Program-made: the position numbers and the translations under genes
The notes under the pieces: generated by a model
The model's input: only the letters and a program-made list of their open reading frames with translations
What the model was told of the DNA's origin: nothing
Databases searched by the model: none
Origin: a virus
Lineage: Duplodnaviria > Caudoviricetes
Direction: 5' to 3' (one strand)
Virus record (IMG/VR): IMGVR_UViG_3300036846_000860
Span: 1-50,937 of that record
DNA length: 50,937 nt
Shown: positions 9,409-20,800 of the stretch, piece by piece
How the letters are laid out: every line of letters begins with the position of its first letter
How positions within the stretch are numbered: position 1 is the stretch's first letter

Positions 9409-11373
9409 CTACCACTTAGGAGTACATTCCATATAGTAAAACGAAAAACCAGAAGCCGTGTTGGTGTTCTTATTATCTGTCACTACAAATAAATCTCCAA
9501 ACGCCTCTCGTTGATTTGCTGGAGTGGGGTTTGGAAGATTGGACGAAATTGTAGCTACCAAGTTCCCATCAATTAAAAAGGCAATAGCAGTCCCAGCGAA
9601 GTTGGGAACAAACTCAAACAAGTGCGGGTTGGTATCCGCAGTGACACCGGTATCAACCACGTTTGATATCCCCGCTGCCTGAATCGTTACAGCCTTAAAA
9701 GTCGTATCTGTTCCGTCGGAGTACCTGAAACCCACGGTCGTCGAATTCGGGGTGTCTGTAGCGTACTTCGTCGTTCCAAGAATTGCCGTCCCGTTCGTTC
9801 CGTTAGCGCTGGCATTCGTCCAGTTCCCAAGCCCGAACCAGTATCGGCTGTTGGTCAGGGTATTCAACTTCACTAAAAAACTCGTCCTGGCGATCGCTAA
9901 GAATGGGAAGTTTACGCTGCTGTTCCCGTCTTGCCCTAAAACAATTCCAAAGGCATCAACACTAGCAGTTGCATTGTTACTGTATGATCTACCTGCTGCG
10001 CGTGTTTGAGTTGGAGGAACTTCGGCTACAACCATCCCAGCGGATGTGGCTAATCCACTAGCTATACCGACGGAGGCTGGACCTCCACCATAAACTGCGT
10101 AAGCAGCTCCGAATCCGTTGGTATAGCGCGACGCCGCCCAGTGATTGTCGCCTTTGATGTTGTAACGAAGTATGTCTCCGTACTCAGCCGTTCCATTGAT
10201 ATTGCTTATCGGGCTACAATCAGATCCAGTACCGCTGAGCAGCCCGGCGTTGTTGACTCTCAAGCATTGGTTCCCGCTTCCAGCAGAGCCTGACAGGGTG
10301 AGCGTAGTTCCCAGGATATCTTTGAACTCTGACGTCCCAGCTTCGACTTTGATTGCTCGCTGAACAGAGCCCCGCAACGGGGTCATGTCCTCGATGTGTA
10401 TTCCGTAAACCTTCGCAGGCTGCACGTTCGGCACGTTGACGCCTGGGGTGATGTGTATTCCGTCTAATTCGCCAGTGATGACCGAATCAACTCCAGCATC
10501 GAGTAGCGTATGAATCGACGACATCTCAACTACTGTCGTGGTTATGCCGTTCAGGCCAGCTAAAGCATCAAAACTTCCACCGTAAAGGGTTTCAACCGTC
10601 GTTGGACTAGTGTTGTGGATAGAACCCGTAAACTTAGCAGCTACTCCGTCGAGAACACCGGTGTCAGCGAGATCCGAAGTGATGTTCGCTGCGACAGGAC
10701 CTCCTGTGATCATCAGAGACTCGTTCGTGGTGAGCCAATTGAAGTTATCGTCACCACCGAAAGTCCCCGCATTATTAAACTGAACATCTGAATTGTTTCC
10801 GCCTGGAGTTCCACCGCCGCCTATTGGACCTCCATTAACGCAGTTGGTGTAAACACATGCATATTTATGTTGAGGGTCTCCAACCGTCCATACACTGTCT
10901 GTTGCCGGGATAACAGACATCGTAACGAGCGGATTACCGTTAACGACTGTCCCTACAACCTGGCTTTGGGGAGAGACAAATTCAAAGCTTGAGATCGGTT
11001 GTGGGTTAACCGCTGACTTAATTAAGACGTTGTTGTACGTACGCGAGACTTTGTTATTGGGTGCGATCGTTACCTTGTACAACGTATTGCTCGGAATGAT
11101 TAAATCATTCGGCCAGACAACGCAGGTGTTAGATGAACCTGACGGATAAAGTGTTGGTTGACCCGAAGCGTTAATCGCGCACTTAGATGAAAGCGCCACC
11201 ACCGTACTGGGAGGGATATTGTAGTTAAACCCTTGATTAGTTGGCACAAGGTCGAACTGGATATACCCACTCGTCGCAACGTTATTGGACGTGTCGGTGA
11301 TAGTTCCCGTAATCACAACGGGCGTTTGCGCCGCGCACGATAACGTTAACAACATCCAAAGTAAGTGTTTCAT
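9409..11373 (-). CDS. Tail fibre-like protein with N-terminal signal peptide (654 aa)
   Basis: MKHLLWMLLTLSCAA|Q; N-terminal GTITD...WPND.IIP.NTLY domain; fibre motif GGGGTPGGNNSDVQFNNAGTFGG; lectin-like C-terminus. Confidence 0.65.
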   Translation of the reverse strand: MKHLLWMLLTLSCAAQTPVVITGTITDTSNNVATSGYIQFDLVPTNQGFNYNIPPSTVVALSSKCAINASGQPTLYPSGSSNTCVVWPNDLIIPSNTLYKVTIAPNNKVSRTYNNVLIKSAVNPQPISSFEFVSPQSQVVGTVVNGNPLVTMSVIPATDSVWTVGDPQHKYACVYTNCVNGGPIGGGGTPGGNNSDVQFNNAGTFGGDDNFNWLTTNESLMITGGPVAANITSDLADTGVLDGVAAKFTGSIHNTSPTTVETLYGGSFDALAGLNGITTTVVEMSSIHTLLDAGVDSVITGELDGIHITPGVNVPNVQPAKVYGIHIEDMTPLRGSVQRAIKVEAGTSEFKDILGTTLTLSGSAGSGNQCLRVNNAGLLSGTGSDCSPISNINGTAEYGDILRYNIKGDNHWAASRYTNGFGAAYAVYGGGPASVGIASGLATSAGMVVAEVPPTQTRAAGRSYSNNATASVDAFGIVLGQDGNSSVNFPFLAIARTSFLVKLNTLTNSRYWFGLGNWTNASANGTNGTAILGTTKYATDTPNSTTVGFRYSDGTDTTFKAVTIQAAGISNVVDTGVTADTNPHLFEFVPNFAGTAIAFLIDGNLVATISSNLPNPTPANQREAFGDLFVVTDNKNTNTASGFSFYYMECTPKW

Positions 11374-14300
11374 TTTATCACCGCGTGTCGTATAACAACC
11401 GGACCGAATACCTGTGGGTTATTACTCTGCACATCCGGGAACGGCCCCGTCCCACAAGCTGTTGGACAGACATAAAGTGTTGACGTTTGTGCTTGATCAA
11501 ACAACGCGAAGTTCGCTCCCATGTCAGTGCCATCATCAGCCTGAAACGCTCCACCCGCAGCGTACTGGCTAGTCTGTCCGTTACAGGCAGCTTCCCCATG
11601 ACACAACGCGTAATCATGCCAGTTAGGCAACGCGTAGTTGAATGAAGATGTTGTTATATTACCCCGCACACCCAAACAATTTTCGGTTGCAGGGTTATTT
11701 GTTGTACAGTTAGGTGTTGACGTTCCCCACAACGTTTGAGGAACAATCGCTGCGTGGGTGGTTGTATACTCAGTATAACAAGCTGCAATCCCACCAGCTC
11801 CCGCAGCGTGACCCGAACAAGTAACGGCGGTGTCGCGACCCGGAATGGCGTTGTGATGATACGCCTCAGTCAGCTCATCCATCTCACAGCTTGTCGTTCT
11901 CGTACCTTCACCAACCGGAGGAGCGTTAGCACCACCGAAGGTTGAGATTGTATTAATCCAAGTAAACGCTGTTGTTAACGTACATGCGTGGGTACCAGCG
12001 AGTGCTGGTGAGCTGGGGTCTGCTGCTTGACCCGCCGTAAACCCATAGTCACTATTATGAGCTCCAAACCAGTGATCGGGAGACCCCTGTAGGTTGTTGA
12101 CGGTACACGTGACGGGAGTGCTTTGGTCTGTGCCTGGGTTAGCGTATGTTACAGTCAGCGCTGTTGGATCCACGCCAGGTAAAACCGGAGGACCTAACAC
12201 TTTCGAGTTGAACGCTGGTGTTGAGTTAAACGTCGTGTCACTACAGTTGTATACCAAAATTGGATCGCCCGCGTGGAATCGAGACTGTCCGTTTGCGTTA
12301 GCGTCGGAACCTGTCAACACCGCGGTGGCCACTCCGTTCAACCTTGTCACGGACGCTGGCCAGTTCGTACCAGAGTTGTCAGCCGCCATCCGGGTTGTAA
12401 ATATAGCTGCCAAGTTGCATTGAGGAGTGGTAGCGTCGATGTTATATTGAAGGTTGTTGACGAAGTGATAATTAGCTACAATATCAGATACTCCGCCTCC
12501 AGCGCCTACTCCGTTGTTGGAACGGAACCCTTGTGAGGTACCCGAACAATCGTTACGGATGATGTTGTTCGTAATCGTGTTATTCATCTGGGTGGTCCAA
12601 TAATTTATACCCCCACCCACGGCGCTTGTTTGATTCGCCTTACTCGAGATTACCTGTCCCTGCCCTCCGCTGAAGTCGCCATTCTCAAGGATGTCACCAT
12701 CGATAACAATACGGTTGTTGAACTTACCCTCATGAGCGTTTTTACGAACGTAACCGTTTAATGAATAACCCGTTCCAGCTTGTACGCTGACGGAAGTGAT
12801 AACACCCGCAGAAACCGTATTGACAGCAATGTTACCTCCCGACCCACCCGCTTGCGTTACCGTCAAAACATTCGATGCTGTGTAGGTACCACTCGTACCA
12901 CCACTCCCTAATGTGATGCCCGTGATACCACCAGCTGGACTCACACTCGTGATATTGATAGTTGCTCCAACCCCAGTTCCAGTGTTAACTGTCGTTGCAA
13001 GTCCGTTTTGAACGTGGTAACCCGTCCCAGATACAACAGTTATCCCTGTGACAGAGTTACCCGCTCCAAGGCTCGTTACCAACACAGTACCACCAACACC
13101 ACCAGCATCGTAAGGGCTTGATAACGTCAATACATCGTTTAACGCATACCCCGATCCGTTATTCATCGGAGAGACGGTAACAATCCCTTGTTGGTTAGGA
13201 GCGCCGTTGGTTGTTTGTAAATGGACTGTTGCACCCGTGCTGCCGCCCGTCCCACCCGTTGTCGGGTAAACACTATTCGGGTCAAAGCCAGCTGCCTGCG
13301 CTAACACCCATGAGTAAGGGTAACTAAACCTGTTACCTCGATCCTCCATATCCGACCCGACATCAAAGTTCGGGATTGAAACGTTAGCAGCAAACCCACC
13401 CGTCATTGTTGTTTCGGTCTCACCCTCAAACCAGTTATGAACCTGTTTAATTTGTTTACCGTATAGAATCGAGACAACCTGCCCTTCATTACCAGGTCGC
13501 CACATTTGATCGCCGTACATATATGAGTCAGAACACTGCACGCAGTTATAATCGATACCATGGGGAATGACGTTGAATCCTGTACCACCGCCAACCGCTA
13601 CACCAGCAACGACCGGTGCGTCCTGTGCATCACCGTGGATGTAGGTATACGCAACATGCATATGGTGAGCGAGTTCACTTTCCAACGTCTCACTTTCCTG
13701 ACCGAACTTAATGATTGCTTGGTTGCTCGTATCTCCCGGTGACGGGTGAATGTTCGCGTTCAGTATAGCGTAATGATGGGGGCCTATAAAATTAGAATCC
13801 CACATCGCGGTTAAGATTTGGTTATTACCCCCATTAAGCTCCCACATTGACGCCACGTCGTTGTACGCGCTCGTGTTTGTGTTTACCCCGTTCGCTAATG
13901 TGAACGCTCCACTCACTGGGGTTACAACCGTACCTAACTGGTATGACATTTGTGTAGCGTTACAACCAACGTTACGGATACCAGGTTGGGTTGATTGTGG
14001 AACGTTATCTTGTATCCCATGCGAGCAGACTGTACGCCCCAGCGGGAGGGGAGCTGTACTAGTTAGGATAATGAAGTTGGTTGAGTTATCATTCACTGTC
14101 TGTGGGAGTGTAAGACCTGTCAACCCCGGTGCGGTAAATACGTGACCCGCTGGAATAAAGATTGTCGTTCCTGTACCGTTACTAGTTCTGCAAGTTTCAG
14201 CATCGTTGATTGCTTGTTGTAAACTCGTCCACGAATCGGCGGTGTACGCTGGAAAGGTGGTTGCTCCACACGTCCATCCTCCTCCCGTACCAACCGACGG

Positions 14301-17093
14301 GAAGTTAATTACATTAACTGTCGTTCCCACATACTCCAACGAGTTAACCCAGATTTGGGGGAGCTGGGTGATGTCAGGAGGGAAGGCGGTGAAGTTAACT
14401 CCGGTGACATTGCCACTCGCTACGATAACGGCGATACTACGCGGTTTAAACGTCCATACCACCCCGGTAGGGATGATTGTGTAATTACCGTTACCTAAGC
14501 TTGGGATTGTGTAATTACCGGATGCGTTTGCGACAACCGAGCCTGTAGCCGTTCCGCTGTATGTAACGGTCGCGTTAGCGCCTTGTGACCCCAACGCTCC
14601 CGAGATTGAAAACGTAGCTGCTGCTACGGATTGATACGCACCAAAATCAGGTAACGCTGGACGGGTCACTCCATCTTTATCAAGTGGAGCTACCGTGTTA
14701 ACGTTTGTTGTGGAAGCATGATGTGCGGTTAGGTGGTAATCATGCGCTGCTTGGTTTGCGACAAAGGCAGCGTTGAAGGCGAGGTTAGTACCTACATTAT
14801 AACCGAAATTGTTCGTGACCGTAGGCGTGGAGCCGCTAGCAACGTTCAGGAAGCGGGCTGCGGTGACGTCAGCTGTGTTTTGGTAGATCAGGCGTGTGTC
14901 ACTATTATCAGTGTAGAAGGCGAAGCCCAGCGAGGCGAGATTGGGCCCATAGATGATGTTGTTATAGACAGTTGCCTGGTGCTGTAAGCGGATGGCTGAG
15001 TTGACCGCAGTGCATGAAGGCGTCAGATTGCAGGTAGAACCCGGGCCAGTGTTCGAGATTACGTTATTGGTGACGAAGTCGTTGGCTGTGTTAGTGGGCG
15101 TGGACGACTTGAGCATGATGGCTGAGTCTACGAACTGGTTGTTACCCAGCGAGTTGTGATCGCAGACGTTGCTATCTATGACCGTGTTGTTCGTGAAGTC
15201 CTTCACGTTCACGCACTCGGTTTGAGTGTTCGTAATCGTGTTGCCCTGGAGGGTGACGTGATTGGTTGTGTCCGTGTTATCGCCCGAGGTGCCGAGGTAG
15301 AAACCATCACCGTTCGTTGTCGTATCCAAGCCACAGTTATTGATAGTGGAGTTGGACCATGTAACGTTGCTGGGGACGGCGCCTGAGCAGAATGCAGACG
15401 TACATTTCTTGATATAGTTGCAAGCCCCCTGTGCATCATGGATATTCATATTAGAGAACGTGATATTCGAGCCGCCTTCGACCTGCGTCTCCTCCTCCGC
15501 ACCACTAATCTCTAATCCGCTGATGTCCATAAACTGAATGTTTTGTAGACGAAACCCAGACCCAGTAGTAACACCTGTAATGTGAGGATTATCACCAGGG
15601 AATTTTGTAATTACAGTATGAGCTCCGCTAGTACCTGAAGGACCTTGAACGAGTAAGAACCCACTGGTCATTGGATACGTTCCGGTTCTCATCTGGACCG
15701 TATCACCACTCGCCATACGTGTTAATGCGAATGACAATGTACAAAACGGAGCTGCTAACGTACCCGCCTGCCCCGCTGTATCTGCGCAGTTTGGCCCACT
15801 CCCACCAGGAGCGTTTGAGTTGTTTACGATATAGGTTACATTACCAGCTACAGCATAACCAGATGCACCGACGACCGCGTAGTTACAGGTACCGGATAAC
15901 CCCGTTGCTGGATTAGGGCAAGCCGCAGGACTGTAACTATACGTTACAGGACAACCTGCAGTTACATCAGCAGCTGACTCACAACGTAAGAGTGATGTAG
16001 GAAATGTCTTCGCGGGTGTTGTAACAATACCATCACACTTACTACCTGGGTTCGAACAAACAAGCGCTGCTGAACCAACCTGTACAAGTGTGGTGCCCTG
16101 AACCAAAGCCGTAAAGCCGGGGTTATTCCAAGCATACAACGGATTCCACTTTGTTGGATCCGACGTGCTTGTACCCGTACTAGCTGCAGGTTCGATACCC
16201 TGTGATAACATCGCTTGGATAGGCCAAGTACCGGAAGGACAATCATCTGTGAGGATAATGTTTTGTCCACTAACCGTCGTATCGTTTCCAAAAATAATTC
16301 CAGAACCGCCTCTGATTTTAATCGGTACGGTATTACCGTTCGGGTGAGTATGATGGTTGTTATAAAACTCAAACCAACGGGCACCGTTTTCTCCCGTACA
16401 AGTTCCAGGAGAACTACCGTGGGTTTCTACACCAGCATTGATAAAGTCGTTGAAACGTGCAACAAACCTACCACCGTAGTATGTTTGAAAGAAGGCGTAG
16501 TTTGAAGTTGTAGTACCCGTTATCGTGTTCCCTTCGATATAGACGAGGTTTAAACCGCCGGGAGTAACATCGTTAGTACGACCGGTCATGTCACTCGGCC
16601 CGCCACCTCCATTAATCGTAATCTCTTCCGCGAGGGCGGTAGCGTCGGTTAGTGTGTTGTGGTAGATTACCCCACCACCAAACCCGTTTGTTTGGATACA
16701 AGCATCACAACCGTTGAACGTGTTATCGTGGACAAGCCAAGTTTGTCCTGTTGGAGAGAACCGAACGGTTACCTTACCGTTGGCTGTACCGTTAAACGTG
16801 AAGTTCTCAATCTCGAGATGCGTACTAGCTGTTGCTGTGGTTGTTGCGTTAATGATGTTTGAACCCGACGAAGTAACGATACATCCACGACCGTTTAGAA
16901 TAATATTCTTCGTGAACGTAATGTTTGTAGACCATGTAACCGTTCCGGGGCTAGCTGGTCCTTGTACTGTATCACCATCAGCTGAAGCTGTAATCTGCGT
17001 GTTGAAATCGGCAGCAGCACAGGTGGCTGCAGTCCGAACAGTAGCGTGTGCTACTCCGACGAGTACTAGAAGTGCTAAGATGAGTTTGCGCAT
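11370..17093 (-). CDS. Giant multi-beta-helix (pectin lyase-like) depolymerase/adhesin with signal peptide (about 1907 aa)
   Basis: Likely true start is ATG 17093 (TAATG overlap): MRKLILALLVLVGVAHA|T. Three Asn-ladder beta-helix regions, a PDFGAYQ motif, a carboxypeptidase-regulatory-like Ig domain and GSGY/GTGY repeats. Confidence 0.7.
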   Translation of the reverse strand: MRKLILALLVLVGVAHATVRTAATCAAADFNTQITASADGDTVQGPASPGTVTWSTNITFTKNIILNGRGCIVTSSGSNIINATTTATASTHLEIENFTFNGTANGKVTVRFSPTGQTWLVHDNTFNGCDACIQTNGFGGGVIYHNTLTDATALAEEITINGGGGPSDMTGRTNDVTPGGLNLVYIEGNTITGTTTSNYAFFQTYYGGRFVARFNDFINAGVETHGSSPGTCTGENGARWFEFYNNHHTHPNGNTVPIKIRGGSGIIFGNDTTVSGQNIILTDDCPSGTWPIQAMLSQGIEPAASTGTSTSDPTKWNPLYAWNNPGFTALVQGTTLVQVGSAALVCSNPGSKCDGIVTTPAKTFPTSLLRCESAADVTAGCPVTYSYSPAACPNPATGLSGTCNYAVVGASGYAVAGNVTYIVNNSNAPGGSGPNCADTAGQAGTLAAPFCTLSFALTRMASGDTVQMRTGTYPMTSGFLLVQGPSGTSGAHTVITKFPGDNPHITGVTTGSGFRLQNIQFMDISGLEISGAEEETQVEGGSNITFSNMNIHDAQGACNYIKKCTSAFCSGAVPSNVTWSNSTINNCGLDTTTNGDGFYLGTSGDNTDTTNHVTLQGNTITNTQTECVNVKDFTNNTVIDSNVCDHNSLGNNQFVDSAIMLKSSTPTNTANDFVTNNVISNTGPGSTCNLTPSCTAVNSAIRLQHQATVYNNIIYGPNLASLGFAFYTDNSDTRLIYQNTADVTAARFLNVASGSTPTVTNNFGYNVGTNLAFNAAFVANQAAHDYHLTAHHASTTNVNTVAPLDKDGVTRPALPDFGAYQSVAAATFSISGALGSQGANATVTYSGTATGSVVANASGNYTIPSLGNGNYTIIPTGVVWTFKPRSIAVIVASGNVTGVNFTAFPPDITQLPQIWVNSLEYVGTTVNVINFPSVGTGGGWTCGATTFPAYTADSWTSLQQAINDAETCRTSNGTGTTIFIPAGHVFTAPGLTGLTLPQTVNDNSTNFIILTSTAPLPLGRTVCSHGIQDNVPQSTQPGIRNVGCNATQMSYQLGTVVTPVSGAFTLANGVNTNTSAYNDVASMWELNGGNNQILTAMWDSNFIGPHHYAILNANIHPSPGDTSNQAIIKFGQESETLESELAHHMHVAYTYIHGDAQDAPVVAGVAVGGGTGFNVIPHGIDYNCVQCSDSYMYGDQMWRPGNEGQVVSILYGKQIKQVHNWFEGETETTMTGGFAANVSIPNFDVGSDMEDRGNRFSYPYSWVLAQAAGFDPNSVYPTTGGTGGSTGATVHLQTTNGAPNQQGIVTVSPMNNGSGYALNDVLTLSSPYDAGGVGGTVLVTSLGAGNSVTGITVVSGTGYHVQNGLATTVNTGTGVGATINITSVSPAGGITGITLGSGGTSGTYTASNVLTVTQAGGSGGNIAVNTVSAGVITSVSVQAGTGYSLNGYVRKNAHEGKFNNRIVIDGDILENGDFSGGQGQVISSKANQTSAVGGGINYWTTQMNNTITNNIIRNDCSGTSQGFRSNNGVGAGGGVSDIVANYHFVNNLQYNIDATTPQCNLAAIFTTRMAADNSGTNWPASVTRLNGVATAVLTGSDANANGQSRFHAGDPILVYNCSDTTFNSTPAFNSKVLGPPVLPGVDPTALTVTYANPGTDQSTPVTCTVNNLQGSPDHWFGAHNSDYGFTAGQAADPSSPALAGTHACTLTTAFTWINTISTFGGANAPPVGEGTRTTSCEMDELTEAYHHNAIPGRDTAVTCSGHAAGAGGIAACYTEYTTTHAAIVPQTLWGTSTPNCTTNNPATENCLGVRGNITTSSFNYALPNWHDYALCHGEAACNGQTSQYAAGGAFQADDGTDMGANFALFDQAQTSTLYVCPTACGTGPFPDVQSNNPQVFGPVVIRHAVIK

Positions 17094-17806
17094 TAGTTTG
17101 TGCTCATCGCGACTGACATTGACACCCAACTTGAACCAGCTGCTGTGTTACGACCTACCGACGGTGTGTATGTAGCAGCTCCAACGTTAATCTGATAAAC
17201 CTCAGCGCTCACCTGACCGCCTGCGCTTTGATTACCCAACGTCCACGAACCGCTGGCTGTTAATGTTTCAACTGTAACCTGTTGGGCTAACTCTCCAAAC
17301 ACGACGTAAGCTGCACCTGGGACGACTACTGACACGCCCACTACAGGGTTGGCGTCACTTACAGCTGCTGACGTTCCGTGAACGAAATTAGCTGTGTTCC
17401 AACCGTTGGTTGAGCTGAATGCGTAGTAGGTTACGCGACAACTGGGGGTGCAGTTAGTTCCACCAAACACTGGTGTAGCAGAACTGGCTATACACCATAA
17501 GCCTGTATTCTGGGCTGATGTACCACCACTACCTGTAGTCGCTCCGGTAAATGTTCCGCTTGCACTACAACCTGAAGTAACCGAAAGAGTTGAGGTTGGA
17601 CTAACGGCGTTATTGGATGAAGTAACAATCAACAGATTGCCAACGGCTTGACCGGTGGGAGAGATACCTGGGCCTCCAGATGCGCCTGCGGTGACCCACG
17701 CGATCGTGCCTGTGCCTCCTCCGCCACCCGCGCCCTTATTACGCATGGGAGTTATATACTGACCCATCAGAGGTATAAGCAACAACAATGTAGTTAGTAG
17801 TTTCAT
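17093..17806 (-). CDS. Beta-rich protein with signal peptide (237 aa)
   Basis: MKLLTTLLLLIPLMG|Q; GNLLIV...SGSWT repeated beta pattern; 4 Cys. Confidence 0.65.
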   Translation of the reverse strand: MKLLTTLLLLIPLMGQYITPMRNKGAGGGGGTGTIAWVTAGASGGPGISPTGQAVGNLLIVTSSNNAVSPTSTLSVTSGCSASGTFTGATTGSGGTSAQNTGLWCIASSATPVFGGTNCTPSCRVTYYAFSSTNGWNTANFVHGTSAAVSDANPVVGVSVVVPGAAYVVFGELAQQVTVETLTASGSWTLGNQSAGGQVSAEVYQINVGAATYTPSVGRNTAAGSSWVSMSVAMSTN

Positions 17807-20800
17807 TAGTTTGCTTGAACCGTGATTAATCTCGGGACGGTTAACGTTATCTGAGCTACGTTGACAGTAGCGGTTGCAGTACCGTTTCCACTTGTTACCT
17901 TCAGAACCACCGTCGATCCAGCTACACAGTTGTTGCCGCTGGTGAGGTTAGCGAACTGTCCAGTCTCCGACCACATACGGTTCGCGACCGCCATTGTCTT
18001 ACCGGTGGAGGTAGTTTCAGCCACAAACGCGGGATCGTCACTTACCGACCCGTCAGATTTAGTACATGCGGTTGAGATCGTCCACTTTATCGTACCGGTG
18101 GTGTTGGTTCCTGAACCGTAAACGATGTTCCAGTACGGTTGGGTTGCTGTATCCCAATCGAATGGGAGTTGGAAGACGAATTGAGAGTTGGTGGTTGTGT
18201 TGTTGTTAGCCCATTGCAACACACCGCCGAGGTTGTTAGTACCTGCACGACAAGCTATAGTTGGAGCGTTTGTCGCTGGGATAGACCATCCCGCTCCAGC
18301 GGTTGCGTTGTTGCAGTTGGCTGCGGGTACGATTAAGTGTTCCGGGAAGTCGACGTAAGTGATTGCTCTACTCGCGCCTCCTGCTACCGCGACTTGGTTA
18401 GCAGCGGTGGCTGCTAGCGTTGCAGTGTTGACGTTCCCTATCAGCGTTCCCGAATCAGCAATCTGCCCGGCGGTGCCAGAAAAACTAACAATCCTACCAC
18501 TCGTTACGCTTGACGGTCCTGTTGGGATCGCTGCACCTGCACCCGCGATTACTTTCCCGCTCAACTGAGTTGCGTTGATATTACCGGTACCGATCGCGCT
18601 TAACAAACCGGTTGTATCTACTCTAACACCGTTTGCGGTACCTAAAGCAGTGACTTGGAGTGGGTTTAACGTACTTGCCGCTAACGTGTTAATGTTAACC
18701 AAGAACGGAGTACCGGTTGAGGTGGAAGCAGCTGACTCAGTAAACGTGTTAGCTGACGCGCTAGCTGTTGTCAACTGGTTCTGCCACGTCATCGTGAAGT
18801 TACCGTTAACAAACGTTTTGCTGACAGCCAAGTTGTTGATTTGGTCGAGGGTGGCGGAACTACCACTACACGCTCCCCACGTCATCGGACTAGTGCCGCC
18901 ACCTGCGGACGTTAAACACTGTCCTGCTGATCCCGCGGTTGTCGGAAGGTTGAAGTTGTAAGTGCCAGCAGCTGACTGTGGTTGGATTGTGATCGTGCCG
19001 CTACCACCTCCAGCAAGTCCGAGTGTACCGGTTCCTATTGTTGAAGAACCGATTGTGGGAGTTCCAGAAAAGTTTGCCGCGTTAGAGGTGACGCCGGTTA
19101 AAAGCGTACCGGTAGCACCCACCGAAATTTGAGCGAGAGAAGAAGTACCGTTTCCTACCACCAACCCGTTAGTTGTAAATGAAGAGTTACCAGTTCCACC
19201 GTTGGGTACTGATGTGGTACCAGTTACATCTCCACCCGCTGCAAGATTAACAGGACCAATCGTTAACTGTGAGATGTGAGTGGAAGCAGCTCCTACATGC
19301 ATAATACCCGCTGTACCGTTCTCACCCGTTGGAGGTTGCCAAGCATAGTTTGTGATGCTAGCAGCGTTGGGGGCGATTAAGTTAAACGCGCTAGTTACGA
19401 GGGTTGGTGAAACCGTTGTTGCGGGGATACCGATTAAGTTACCCCCGCCAGTTCCAGTGATTGTTAAGCTGTTAGCGCTGAGGTTACCGGACGAGTCGGT
19501 GGTTAGTCCGGAGTTAGAGGTGATTGCCGACGCGCCAGAAGCGTATGTAACTTGGTTGGCGACTAGCGCCGCTCCCGTGATACTACCAGTAGTACATGCT
19601 CCCCATGCTGGGTCTGTACCGTTGGAGGTTAAACATTGGTTGGTTGTACCGACAGCTAACCGCGTATCTCCTGTAGCACCCTGGTAAATCATATCACCAC
19701 GGGTTGTAGTTGGAGAGAGGTTGTTGAAAGCTGCGCTGGCGGTTGTTGCTCCGGTGCCACCTTGTAGAACTGTAACAGCAGCGTTGTCGGTCAGGACGTT
19801 GGCGCTAGCGTTGGGGAACGTGAATGTTTTTGCGCTGGTTGCTGGACCTGCGACGGTAAAGAACGCGTTAGCTGTCCCGCCCTGCGCCGAAGGTAACGGA
19901 GAAGCGAGATGTGTGGCTGTTACTTGATTGGAGGTGTTAATGTCTGTACCGGTTAGCGCGATCGAGCTGTTGACGAAGGCAGACGTTAACGTTGTACAGG
20001 TTGGTGCTGCATCAGCGTTTTCTGCCGTTACTACCTGGTTGGTACATGTTCCATTACCTGCTGGGGATAACGACGACGCGATGAACGCTCCAGCGCCGTT
20101 TGATTTAGGCACACGACCGGATGCTGCTGCTGATAGGTTGGTTCCCGTACCACCTTGTGCTGCCGTCACCAACGCAGCATCCGTTAATACGTTCGCGTTC
20201 GAGTTAGGGAAGGTAAAGGTTTTTACAGACGCAGCTGGTCCTGCCACCGCGAAGAATGCGTTCGCTGTACCGCCTTGAGCTGCCGGGAGGGCAGAAGCTA
20301 AGTGGGTTGCTGTGACTTGATCACTCGTGTTGATATCTACACCGGAAGCAACCACGTTGATAGCTGTATTACTACCATTCTTCATCAACCAACGGGTTGC
20401 TGTAGTGTCATACCACAACCAACCGGAGCCTGCAATTCCCGTCGGAGCGGCTTGTGCGGTACTAACTAACGGGCCTACGGACATTACCAAACCGCCAGTG
20501 TCAGCGATCGTCACCTTCGTTGCGTCGTCGGACACGCTAGAATCACCCAACGTTAACGAAGCTGTGGCTTTGGGGATTTTGTTTGTAGTCATCCCAGCGC
20601 CAGCACCTACCGCACCTGTAGCGCAGTTACCGGGTGCCCAAGTACCGCTTACACCCACAACGCATTGTCCGTCGGTACCATACGCTACGTTACCGTAGGT
20701 GTTTAATCCCGTACCAACGATTAAACCTCCCTTTGCTGTAGCGGGAGCGAGACCGTTGAATAATGCAGCTACACTAGCAGCGTTTATACCTGTTCCACCG

